From contig ACYB01000035.1 in assembly GCA_000175855.1 (NCBI GenBank), positions 30,001 to 62,000 of the forward strand: 32,000 nucleotides of DNA, written 5' to 3'. Of this stretch, positions 8,211-16,348 are shown in pieces. Numbering within the stretch: the stretch's first letter is position 1; each line of letters starts with the position of its first letter. This stretch comes from Raphidiopsis brookii D9 (GTDB lineage Bacteria > Cyanobacteriota > Cyanobacteriia > Cyanobacteriales > Nostocaceae). The notes beneath the pieces were generated by a model. That model was given only the letters and a program-made list of their open reading frames with translations, was not told where the DNA came from and ran no database searches. The translations under genes were made by a program, and so were the position numbers.

Positions 8211-8240
8211 CATAAAAAAGGTGCTGAAATTAGCACCTTT
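8211..8240 (-). terminator. Rho-independent terminator (minus strand) downstream of the DUF1830 gene
   Basis: Perfect 9-bp stem aaaggtgct (8217-8225) / agcaccttt (8232-8240) with a 6-nt loop. On the minus strand the stem runs into TTTTTTAT. Confidence 0.7.
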
Positions 8241-8382
8241 GTGGTTAACAAGGATATTTTTTTCTAATCACAACATATTAATCGGGAGTTAAAAAAGCAC
8301 AACTGTTTAATTGACATGATCAGTCATGATTGAGCCAATTGGGGTAGTTGCGGAATAATCTTTAATCCTTACTGTAGGAAGT

Positions 8383-8763
8383 TCAAGAACTCGCAAGTGT
8401 TCTTGCTTCTAACAATGCGAATTGTTTATGAACTTCGCTAGAAATATCACGATTGTTATCAACAACTACTGCTAGTGTCGGGGTTTCATTATTCTCATCT
8501 TCATCTGTTTCCGTCAATCTTAAGCGATCGCAGGGTATAGTATCAGAGAGAATTGCACTAGCCATCATTCCCGTGTGAACTTCCATTTGAGCATATTTAG
8601 GAGCTTCAAATACAAGTCGCTGTCCGGGAAAGATAACCCTTTCAAAATACCAATTGGGAACGTTAGAGATACGAGCTACCTGGATTTTGCTCGTAGCATT
8701 GATGTAGCAGCAGAGGATTTTCCCCGATTGCTCTGGTGGTAGAGAATCTAATATTTGAGCCAT
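8383..8763 (-). CDS. DUF1830 domain protein (cyanobacteria-specific, function unknown)
   Basis: The block ILCCYINATSKIQVARISNVPNWYFERVIFPGQRLVFEAP matches the DUF1830 signature by recall. Confidence 0.75.
   Translation of the reverse strand: MAQILDSLPPEQSGKILCCYINATSKIQVARISNVPNWYFERVIFPGQRLVFEAPKYAQMEVHTGMMASAILSDTIPCDRLRLTETDEDENNETPTLAVVVDNNRDISSEVHKQFALLEARTLASS
8524..8531. repeat. HIP1 octamer GCGATCGC
   Basis: Exact palindromic match read from the sequence. Confidence 0.95.
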
Positions 8764-8985
8764 AACTGCTGAGGAGCTTATTACGCCGCAATTTTACATT
8801 ACATATCTAACTTTAGCACTCAATGATCCCCAATTGCTGTAACTGGGACTACCAACTGGAATTTTCTACATTATTTCTATCGAAAGTTGGAGGATTGCTT
8901 CCGTTTTTGCCACTGGTTTTTTAGATTTATGATAGGATATGGTAACGCTCTCAATCCCATATCTGGATTCTGTCCCAGAAAATTT

Positions 8986-9525
8986 ATGACTGAAAGCACC
9001 ACTTTTTTCCTTTCTCCGTTGATTAGAATTACTCTTCTAACACTCTATATAGCCCTAACTCTACCCTTACCATTTTTAGCAGAAGTTACACAAGCACCTG
9101 TCACACCACTAGTATTATGGTTAGGCATAATAATTGGATTAGTGGCATTATATGGAGTCCTCACCCAAAGAGTAATTGTGAACGAACAAGAAATTCAAGT
9201 CACCTATCCTATTTGGGTTCCTAAACTGTTACGTCAAGACTGGTCCTTACCCTGGTCTGAAATTAAAAGTCTCAAATGTCGCACCACAGGACAGGGAGGT
9301 TTGGTTTATTATTTCCTCACGGATGAGGGCAAAGCTTATTTGTTGCCCATGCGCGTTACTGGATTTAACCGTCTAGTGAAGTTTGTTCAGTTAAAAACTG
9401 GTATGGACATCACCGATGTCCGTCCTCTATCCCAGCCTTGGATGTATATAATCTTATTGACTTGTACTTTTATCCTGTTATTAGTAGATGCTTGGACTAT
9501 TAACATGGCTAATTCTATGATTTAA
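8986..9525 (+). CDS. Hypothetical membrane protein (two N-terminal TM helices, a soluble beta-rich middle, one C-terminal TM helix)
   Basis: Start is taken at ATG 8986 (MTESTTFFLSPLIRITLL...). The ORF-track start at 8887 is a TTG with an implausible Cys/Phe-rich leader. The gene ends 10 nt before the ABC ATPase gene. Confidence 0.55.
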   Translation: MTESTTFFLSPLIRITLLTLYIALTLPLPFLAEVTQAPVTPLVLWLGIIIGLVALYGVLTQRVIVNEQEIQVTYPIWVPKLLRQDWSLPWSEIKSLKCRTTGQGGLVYYFLTDEGKAYLLPMRVTGFNRLVKFVQLKTGMDITDVRPLSQPWMYIILLTCTFILLLVDAWTINMANSMI

Positions 9526-9535
9526 CCTTGATTTA

Positions 9536-10327
9536 ATGCTTGAAAATGCTTCCAAAAAATTATCACCCCTGCTCAAGCTGGAGCAAGTTAGTTTATGGGC
9601 AAAATTGAAAGCCCCATCGCCCAAAAACATGATGGGGTATCCAATCTTACAAAATATCTCCTGGGAAATCTTTCCAGGCGATCGCATAATAGTAGTAGGT
9701 AAATCGGGATCTGGAAAAACATCACTGCTGAGACTACTGAATCGACTAGAGGATCCTAGTAGTGGTAAAATTTACTTAAATAACCAAGAATACACCCAAA
9801 TTCCCATTGTAGAACTGCGTCAACAGGTAGTTCTTGTAGCACAAAAACCTAAACTGTTGGGGATGACAGTCAGGGAATCCCTAGCATATCCCTTGTTATT
9901 AAGAAATATATCTCGGGAAGAAATTGAAAAAAGAATTGCATATTGGAGAGAGCGACTAAAAATTCCCCAAAGTTGGATGGGAATGACAGAATTACAGCTT
10001 TCCCTGGGTCAGCAACAATTAGTAACCCTGGTGCGCGCTCTTGTCACCCAACCTAAAATCCTGTTGTTAGACCAACCCATTTCCGCTCTAGACCCAGTTG
10101 AGACCTCCTGGTTACTAGAAAAAATCACAGAAGGGATTTCTGACCTTTGCCCAGATGTAAAAACCACAGTTTTGATGGTCACTTATCAAATAGACACTTT
10201 CCAAGAGTTTGGTAATCATTTATTGCATCTTGAGCAAGGTCAAATTGTCACTAACCTAGTAAGCTCACAAGTAGACTGGAATGCTCTGAAAAGCACTCTT
10301 ATAACACCAGCAGAAGAGGAATGGTAA
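9536..10327 (+). CDS. ABC transporter ATP-binding protein with degenerate catalytic motifs (YbbL/FetA-like by recall)
   Basis: Walker A is GKSGSGKT and the Q-loop is VAQKP. The signature reads LSLGQ instead of LSGGQ. Walker B is ILLLDQ (Gln codon CAA at 10073-10075 where the catalytic Glu is expected). The H-loop position reads VTYQ (Tyr, not His). Confidence 0.85.
   Translation: MLENASKKLSPLLKLEQVSLWAKLKAPSPKNMMGYPILQNISWEIFPGDRIIVVGKSGSGKTSLLRLLNRLEDPSSGKIYLNNQEYTQIPIVELRQQVVLVAQKPKLLGMTVRESLAYPLLLRNISREEIEKRIAYWRERLKIPQSWMGMTELQLSLGQQQLVTLVRALVTQPKILLLDQPISALDPVETSWLLEKITEGISDLCPDVKTTVLMVTYQIDTFQEFGNHLLHLEQGQIVTNLVSSQVDWNALKSTLITPAEEEW
9678..9685. repeat. HIP1 octamer GCGATCGC
   Basis: Exact palindromic match read from the sequence. 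Confidence 0.95.
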
Positions 10328-10333
10328 AACCCA

Positions 10334-11113
10334 TTATCCCCTCTGAGTAGCCAAAGTAGCACGATTATCAGTAAATCTTTCCCTTGTTAACCTAGTTTGA
10401 GCTGGTAAAACAGATGAAACAGTTGCTTTCAAAATTTCCATGTTAAATCTATAACCCACATTACGAATGGTTTGGATCAAACTAGGTTGGCGCGGGTCCA
10501 GTTCTACCTTTTTCCGCAATGATAAAACATGAGTATCAATAGTTCGGGGATTATCAATAGCATCTGGCCAAGCACGACGTAGTAACTCAGATCTACTCAA
10601 AGGTGAACCACCAGCTTGCGCTAAGACATAAAGCAGACTAAACTCCTGAGGTGTTAAATCTACAAATTCCCCTTGCAGACGTACCCGGCGTTGAATTAAG
10701 TCAATTTGTAAACTACCATAATCTAAATGAGCTGGTGCATTAGGCGTACGTTTGCGGCGAATCAAAGATTCCACTCGTGCAAGAAATTCTTGCATACCAA
10801 AGGGTTTACTTAAATAGTCATCCGCCCCCGCTTTTAACCCTGATACAATATCCGCTTCATTATTACGAGCAGATAACATCAGGATTAAAGGTTGATCCTG
10901 ACTATGTAACCAGCGGCAAAATTCCACACCTTCACTGTCAGACAAATCAGCATCCAGAATAACCAAGGTTGGCTGATGGGTTAAAAAAACTTCCCTTGCT
11001 TGATAGATACTAGCGGCTTGATATACTCTGTATTCTAGCTGTTGCAAGTGCCAACCCAACAACGATCTCAGATGAGGATTCCCCTCAATAATTTCAATAC
11101 AAACCGATCCCAC
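10334..11113 (-). CDS. OmpR-family response regulator (receiver plus winged-helix DNA-binding domain)
   Basis: The receiver has LVILDADL (phospho-acceptor Asp), LMLSAR and DYLSKPF. The C-terminal winged-helix region has LTPQEFSLLYVLA...TIDTHVLSLRKK...IQTIRNVGYRF. GTG start at 11113. Confidence 0.9.
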   Translation of the reverse strand: MGSVCIEIIEGNPHLRSLLGWHLQQLEYRVYQAASIYQAREVFLTHQPTLVILDADLSDSEGVEFCRWLHSQDQPLILMLSARNNEADIVSGLKAGADDYLSKPFGMQEFLARVESLIRRKRTPNAPAHLDYGSLQIDLIQRRVRLQGEFVDLTPQEFSLLYVLAQAGGSPLSRSELLRRAWPDAIDNPRTIDTHVLSLRKKVELDPRQPSLIQTIRNVGYRFNMEILKATVSSVLPAQTRLTRERFTDNRATLATQRG

Positions 11114-11146
11114 AGTTGTAAGACCCCCTAGCGTTGATGATCTTCA

Positions 11147-11187
11147 AATTAACAATCTCAGGCGGAATGTTTTGTAGTTTTTGTTAC
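11147..11187 (-). promoter_or_regulatory. Candidate NtcA-type promoter for the response-regulator gene
   Basis: GTA-N8-TAC at 11174-11187. Reading the minus strand, 21 nt follow, then TAATTT (11152-11147), which fits TAN3T. This sits about 35 nt upstream of GTG 11113. Confidence 0.3.
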
Positions 11188-11595
11188 TTGAGTTGACCTA
11201 ATGTTAATATTTACAAGAAAATAACCGAAGGGCACGAAAGCCACTTGGCTTTGGACAGTGGATGAAGTGCCAACGGCGAATAAATTTGCCGTGATACTTA
11301 ATTTTATCTTATTTTAACTTTTGCAACCAAGCTCTACCCTGATATTTGTCAAGTGCAATGTGGGAAATTTTAATCTTAGTTTTGCTTTTGGGAACTGGGA
11401 AAAAATGTTTAATCTTGACTATAATTTGGGATATGATTAAGTTGTTAACTGGTGGAGGGTTTAACACTGGGGGGGATCCTTGAATATCCCTTTCAAGCAA
11501 GTCTTAAAGAATCCGCCTCTCTTTAGATGGTGGAGTGTCAATTTTGATTGTAAATCATATACAATTCCCATTCTCACTAGATTAAATCAGCGGTT

Positions 11596-11850
11596 ATGCT
11601 TCAAGACACACAAACCATCCGCTACTACCAAAAACTTACGGACTCCTTCGTCGAACTATGGAATCGCGGTTACCATCAAGATGATATGCGGATGTACTTG
11701 GATGGATATCTAGCAGCTCTGCGACAAAGTAATGCTATTGAACCATATTTAATTCATCGCTTAGAGGAGGAGGCCATTCGCTACTTACATGATGGGTCTA
11801 ACTTTGCGGTGGTACAACCAGAACCTGAGCGTTATCATGGTTATTACTAG
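11596..11850 (+). CDS. Small conserved-looking hypothetical protein, 84 aa
   Basis: ATG ORF with balanced, helical-looking sequence (YLDGYLAALRQSNAIEPYLIHRLEEEAIRYL). No family confidently recalled. Confidence 0.5.
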   Translation: MLQDTQTIRYYQKLTDSFVELWNRGYHQDDMRMYLDGYLAALRQSNAIEPYLIHRLEEEAIRYLHDGSNFAVVQPEPERYHGYY

Positions 11851-11917
11851 CTGTTTTTATTCCTACCTGGTAAGTCAACTGCTGGTCTCTTATTTATATC
11901 TACAACGTCGGCAATTT

Positions 11918-11940
11918 GTTTTTGGTGGCTCACCAAAAAC
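11918..11940. terminator. Perfect hairpin between convergent genes (possible bidirectional terminator)
   Basis: gtttttggtg-gct-caccaaaaac is a 10-bp perfect stem with a 3-nt loop. The U-run sits in the 5' arm rather than after the stem, so it is atypical. Confidence 0.35.
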
Positions 11941-11958
11941 TATGCCAACAGCTTCCAT

Positions 11959-13608
11959 TTAACCGTAGGGTCTGGGATAGGGTTTGAGCATGGGGGAAGC
12001 ACGATAAACTGGGAAAATTTGAACAGCTTCCCCACCTCGCTTAATGGCGATATCAGCAATCTTTTCTAAGGATTGGAAGTAGTCTTTATATTTATCTAGC
12101 GGTTGGGGAAATCGCTCATCTTCCATAAACTGCTTAGAAGTGACATAAAGGGAAGTTTTGCCAACAAAATCTGTCCCCTGACTCCAATAGGCAAAGCCTC
12201 GCAAATCTTCGTCGAAACAGGTCACTTTTTTGCCGAGAGGTTCGATCGCCATACCCACTTGTCCCGCTACAAAGAAATTATTGCTAAAGACAAAATCTGC
12301 TTTTTCTAATTCCGTTTTTAAGACAGGTGAATCCACAAATGCTTGTCGTAACTGTTCAATATCAATCATTTGGGTGGAAGGATCATCCTTTGCTTCCCAG
12401 AATCCACCAGCGATCGCCACATTGCCTCCCTTTTGAGCGATACCCCAATGGATATGGAGCAAGCTAATTAGCAACAGTGGCAAAATTACCATTCCCGAAC
12501 CCCAAAGCCAATTGCGGATAAATTTGGGATGCTTGACCTGCACTAATGCTGCACGTTCACCTAACAAAAGTGTGGCCCCAAAAAATCCGGGCATATGCCA
12601 TGAGGGAAGGATTTGGATAAAGCCACCCATAAAGGTAAAACCAAAGAAGATTGGCATTGACACACATAAAATCAGCAAGCGCTTTTGATCAACTAGGTCA
12701 TGAGCAAGCTGATTTGGCATAATCGCTTTTTGTTCTATCTTGTTAGTATGAGATTTATTGAAGGGTAACCATTCCCAAAGGGTACGAAAACTTGTCCACC
12801 AGATTGGAAAGCCAAAAGTAGGAAATAGATAGCCAATCCCCACTAAAATTGTGACTAAAAGACGTTCTAGATCATAGCCAACAGAAGGAACTGCACGACC
12901 ACTTTGGAATCGAAAGGAAGCCCATTCATGCTGGGAGTTCCAATACAGCACGGGGGAAATGGCAATGAGAAATAGGACGACCGCTGCCAATGTCCAGATG
13001 GAGAATAGGGCGCAACGGTGTCGATTACTAATCAGGCAAAACAAAACTAAGCCGCTGCCTAGCAATGCTCCATGATACTTCCCTAAAAATGATAATCCCA
13101 CTACCAAGCCAACAAAGGCAAGTTTAGAAGTGGGTCGATAAGGCCTTGTGTCGTAAATAGGGTCACAGGACTCACCAGAGGGAAAAAATTCCGTAGCACA
13201 GAGCCACAAACAGATACTCCAGAAAAACATTAAGGCGTTGTCTGGTAGGGTGAGAATCCCAAAGGCAATTTGGAAAATTGGAATAGTGGTCAAAATCCCT
13301 AGGGTTAATGTGGCGACCCGATCACCAAATAATTTGCGACTAGCTAAATAGGAAAAAAACAGGGTTCCTGTATACAGGACAACTCCGCCAATTCTGATCG
13401 TAAATGGTGTCACTTTACCTGTAAGCCATACGCCTATTCCTGTAGTAAAAGCAACAAGGGGCGGATGATCGAAATAGCTCCAGTCGAGATTTTGGGTATA
13501 CAGGTAATAGTAAGCTTCGTCAAAGCCTACATTGAGATATGTCGCACAAGTCGTTCTAAAGACGAAACCCCACAATAGTATGGCGATCGCCCACTTATCA
13601 ATTTTCAC
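11959..13608 (-). CDS. Glycosyltransferase family 39 (ArnT/PMT-like) polytopic membrane protein
   Basis: N-terminal VGFDEAYYYLY...DHPPL motif in the first loop, followed by many TM helices. GTG start at 13608. Confidence 0.8.
   Translation of the reverse strand: MKIDKWAIAILLWGFVFRTTCATYLNVGFDEAYYYLYTQNLDWSYFDHPPLVAFTTGIGVWLTGKVTPFTIRIGGVVLYTGTLFFSYLASRKLFGDRVATLTLGILTTIPIFQIAFGILTLPDNALMFFWSICLWLCATEFFPSGESCDPIYDTRPYRPTSKLAFVGLVVGLSFLGKYHGALLGSGLVLFCLISNRHRCALFSIWTLAAVVLFLIAISPVLYWNSQHEWASFRFQSGRAVPSVGYDLERLLVTILVGIGYLFPTFGFPIWWTSFRTLWEWLPFNKSHTNKIEQKAIMPNQLAHDLVDQKRLLILCVSMPIFFGFTFMGGFIQILPSWHMPGFFGATLLLGERAALVQVKHPKFIRNWLWGSGMVILPLLLISLLHIHWGIAQKGGNVAIAGGFWEAKDDPSTQMIDIEQLRQAFVDSPVLKTELEKADFVFSNNFFVAGQVGMAIEPLGKKVTCFDEDLRGFAYWSQGTDFVGKTSLYVTSKQFMEDERFPQPLDKYKDYFQSLEKIADIAIKRGGEAVQIFPVYRASPMLKPYPRPYG
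12410..12417. repeat. HIP1 octamer GCGATCGC
   Basis: Exact palindromic match read from the sequence. Confidence 0.95.
13583..13590. repeat. HIP1 octamer GCGATCGC
   Basis: Exact palindromic match read from the sequence. Confidence 0.95.
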
Positions 13609-13626
13609 TCTAATTCCTTTCCCGGT

Positions 13627-15210
13627 TCAGTCAGCACTATGTAGTTGTATCCTATAGTAGCAATCCACAATTTTCTCAGTTACTTCCTCCGCAGTAAACC
13701 CATCACTTATTATTTCCAACGCGTCTGACGCTTTTCTCAAAGGAGAAATCTCTCTGGTGCTGTCCTTTTCATCCCTTTCCTGAATCTCTCGCTGTAACTG
13801 CTCTAAACTTATTTCGCCTCGCCCCTGTTTAATAAAGTCTTGCTGGCGACGACGGGCCCGCTCCTCTACTGAAGCTGTAAGAAATATTTTTACTTCCGCA
13901 TTAGGAAAAACATCAGTACCAATGTCTCTCCCCTCGGCGACCAAACCCCCTTTCTCACCCCATTTTTGCTGTTCTCTCACGAGGAATTGACGAACCGCAC
14001 TTTGACCAGATACAACTGATACTTTTGCTGTTACTTCCCCACTGCGTATCTCACCAGTAACATTATGATTGTTTATCCATACCTCTAGCGGATTTTCTGG
14101 ATTTTCCGTGGCTATTAGCTCTATTTTACACTCTCTCACTAAATGGGCGATCGCCTGTTCATCTTCAGGATCAGTGCTGGTTTGTAACACTAACCAGGTT
14201 ATAGCCCTATACATAGCTCCTGTGTCTAAATGCACCAGCCCTAACCGTGTTGCCACTTGTTTAGCTACAGTAGATTTACCAGCACCAGCGGGACCGTCAA
14301 TGGCAATAATCGGTTGTCGTGGGGTAGTCTTCACATCAGATAAAATTGTGTTATCAATTAGTCTTGTATTCCCAATGTGGGCTGCGATCGCCAACATTCC
14401 TTCTTTCTCAATTTCATTTAAGGGCATTAATGTACTCGGTTCAACTAATTCAATATATTCCACCTGAATATTCCTAGATTTTGCTATTTCAGCTTGGACT
14501 ATTCTTAGAAGTTGATCACTATAGCGAACACCGGATCTGAAAGCTATCTCAGCTTTAACTAAGCCCTGATACAATAGAGCAGCCTGCTCCTTTTCTGTGT
14601 CTGTCAAATACTGATTACGAGAACTTAAAGCCAAACCTGAAGCTTCTCGTACCGTGGGACAGGCAATAATTTCTATGGGAAAATTCAAGTCAGCTACTAA
14701 ACGTTTAATAATAGCCAGTTGCTGACCATCTTTTTTGCCAAAGTAGGCTCGATCTGGCTGTACCACATTAAAGAGTTTAGTGACAATAGTCGTTACACCT
14801 TGAAAATGTCCTGGTCGATAACTAGCACACAAACCATTAATCATACCAGATGCAGGCAACACTTGTGTAACCTGATTTTCTTGTATATTTTTCCTAGAAA
14901 TACCCATTTCTTCCGGACTAGGTGCAAAAATAGCATCTACTCCTGCTTGCTCACAAAATAGTTTATCCCCCTCCCAAGTGCGGGGGTAGCGTTGATAATC
15001 CTCCAGTGGTCCAAATTGAAGCGGATTAATAAAAATACTGACCACTACCGTGTAGTTTTCTTCTCTAGCTTTTTGAATTAGGCTTAAATGACCTAGATGA
15101 AGTGCACCCATGGTGGGTACCAAACCAATAGAGTTAGGACACTGCTGGGTATCTCGACGACGTTGATGTAAGTAACAGCGCAAAGCCGCTATGGTTGTTA
15201 GTAGATGCAC
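13627..15210 (-). CDS. panC/cmk: Bifunctional pantoate--beta-alanine ligase / cytidylate kinase (PanC-Cmk fusion)
   Basis: PanC motifs PTMGALHLGHLSL and FGKKDGQQ, then the Cmk P-loop IIAIDGPAGAGKSTVAK. Start is taken at GTG 15210 (VHLLTTIAALRCYL), preceded by aaaaggag. The ORF-track start at 15273 adds an implausible leader. Confidence 0.9.
   Translation of the reverse strand: MHLLTTIAALRCYLHQRRRDTQQCPNSIGLVPTMGALHLGHLSLIQKAREENYTVVVSIFINPLQFGPLEDYQRYPRTWEGDKLFCEQAGVDAIFAPSPEEMGISRKNIQENQVTQVLPASGMINGLCASYRPGHFQGVTTIVTKLFNVVQPDRAYFGKKDGQQLAIIKRLVADLNFPIEIIACPTVREASGLALSSRNQYLTDTEKEQAALLYQGLVKAEIAFRSGVRYSDQLLRIVQAEIAKSRNIQVEYIELVEPSTLMPLNEIEKEGMLAIAAHIGNTRLIDNTILSDVKTTPRQPIIAIDGPAGAGKSTVAKQVATRLGLVHLDTGAMYRAITWLVLQTSTDPEDEQAIAHLVRECKIELIATENPENPLEVWINNHNVTGEIRSGEVTAKVSVVSGQSAVRQFLVREQQKWGEKGGLVAEGRDIGTDVFPNAEVKIFLTASVEERARRRQQDFIKQGRGEISLEQLQREIQERDEKDSTREISPLRKASDALEIISDGFTAEEVTEKIVDCYYRIQLHSAD
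14147..14154. repeat. HIP1 octamer GCGATCGC
   Basis: Exact palindromic match read from the sequence. Confidence 0.95.
14384..14391. repeat. HIP1 octamer GCGATCGC
   Basis: Exact palindromic match read from the sequence. Confidence 0.95.
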
Positions 15211-15301
15211 AAAACTCCTTTTTTCTCTCAGTCTTCTGCAGGTGAGCCAGAACGCCCAGCACTCATCAAACACCTACTCAGCGTTCTGGCCAAAGCTACA
15301 A

Positions 15302-16348
15302 TTATCTCCCCAGCACTTCAATGCGTACTGCAGCAACACCCCTACTGACCATTCCTAGAATGCGAGCTGCACCCACGGAAAGATCAATAACTCGACCACC
15401 AATATACGGACCACGGTCATTAATTCGCACTATCACGGAACGACCATTGTGAGTGTTAGTAACACGAACTCTTGTCCCCATAGGCAAACTGCGATGGGCC
15501 GCAGTCATGGCTTCTGGATTAAATCTTTCCCCGTTGGCCGTTTTTCTCCCGGCCCAATCATAACCATACCAGGAAGCCATACCTCTTAAATTGATTCTGA
15601 TCCCACGAATGGCAACTTTTTCAGGGAGTTTAGGGAAGTTGGCAATTTCCCTGACTTCAGCTGTTTCTCCCAGAATTTTTCTTAAACGATTGGTTGCTTG
15701 TAAGGCATCTTTGGCTAGGTCATTTGTACCAGCTGCTAAGCGAGTGGATTCATTGATTTCCACCAATTCCTTGCCGTCAAATCTAATAGTGTAGTTACCT
15801 GGATTTGTTGAAGTAGGTTGATTCCTACTGGGATTACTGTCAGAGTTATTGCCTTTAGGAATCCAACTAACAGTGACTTGTCCACCGTCCGCATTGTCCA
15901 GCACTAGCTGGTTAATTTTCGCCGCTACTAAGCTGGCTCTATGTACTGGGTCATTGACCAAAATGGATCTGGGAGACTCCTTCACACCCCTAACGCCGCC
16001 CCCACTGGTAATTTGGGGTGATTTACTGGTGTTTACGCTACCGTATTTTACAACTTTATCACTACTTAGATCCCCCACCTTTGTTTCCCCGCGAGAACCC
16101 AAAAAGGTAAGAACTGGAGTATTTCGGATGTAAAGAGTTGCTGCTTGACGACCCTGTAGACTGTGTGGCTGAATTCTGGTCACACCATTTAGCTCAGGTT
16201 CCCGTGTTGGGGACTGGTATTCTCCCACTTTTACCGCATCACTTTTGGTAGATGCTTGTTTAGATGGGGTAATCCCCTTAGCTGTTTGGGTAAAACCCAT
16301 TGCAGGTAGGCTCGCAACAGATAGAAACACGGCAGCAGTAGTCCACAA
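15302..16348 (-). CDS. rlpA: RlpA-family (septal ring lytic transglycosylase-like) protein with a C-terminal DPBB domain
   Basis: The C-terminal block [41 protein letters not shown]...VRINDRGPY is the RlpA double-psi beta-barrel signature. The N-terminus is ambiguous (TTG 16348 versus an out-of-frame ATG 16364; see finding). Confidence 0.85.
   Translation of the reverse strand: MWTTAAVFLSVASLPAMGFTQTAKGITPSKQASTKSDAVKVGEYQSPTREPELNGVTRIQPHSLQGRQAATLYIRNTPVLTFLGSRGETKVGDLSSDKVVKYGSVNTSKSPQITSGGGVRGVKESPRSILVNDPVHRASLVAAKINQLVLDNADGGQVTVSWIPKGNNSDSNPSRNQPTSTNPGNYTIRFDGKELVEINESTRLAAGTNDLAKDALQATNRLRKILGETAEVREIANFPKLPEKVAIRGIRINLRGMASWYGYDWAGRKTANGERFNPEAMTAAHRSLPMGTRVRVTNTHNGRSVIVRINDRGPYIGGRVIDLSVGAARILGMVSRGVAAVRIEVLGR

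Noticed and set aside
11230-11272. Nested hairpin ggcac-ga-aagcc-actt-ggctt-...-gtgcc upstream of the response-regulator gene, considered as a possible sRNA or riboswitch
   Set aside because: The stems are short, no U-tract or known motif is present, and the outer helix has a long asymmetric interior. This is not enough to call a structured RNA.
11358-11483. 41-codon plus-strand ORF MWEILILVLLLGTGKKCLILTIIWDMIKLLTGGGFNTGGDP in the 480-bp spacer upstream of the 84-aa gene
   Set aside because: It is hydrophobic, but it has no ribosome-binding site and an odd Gly-rich tail. It overlaps an equally unconvincing minus-strand ORF (11309-11500). I cannot support it without conservation data.
14069-14467. 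132-aa ORF antisense to panC-cmk. Similar antisense ORFs occur at 14719-14961, 15591-15794, 15849-16133, 12103-12436, 26152-26729 and 27679-28135.
   Set aside because: Each lies entirely inside a well-supported gene on the opposite strand and has no recognisable motifs. These are typical shadow ORFs.
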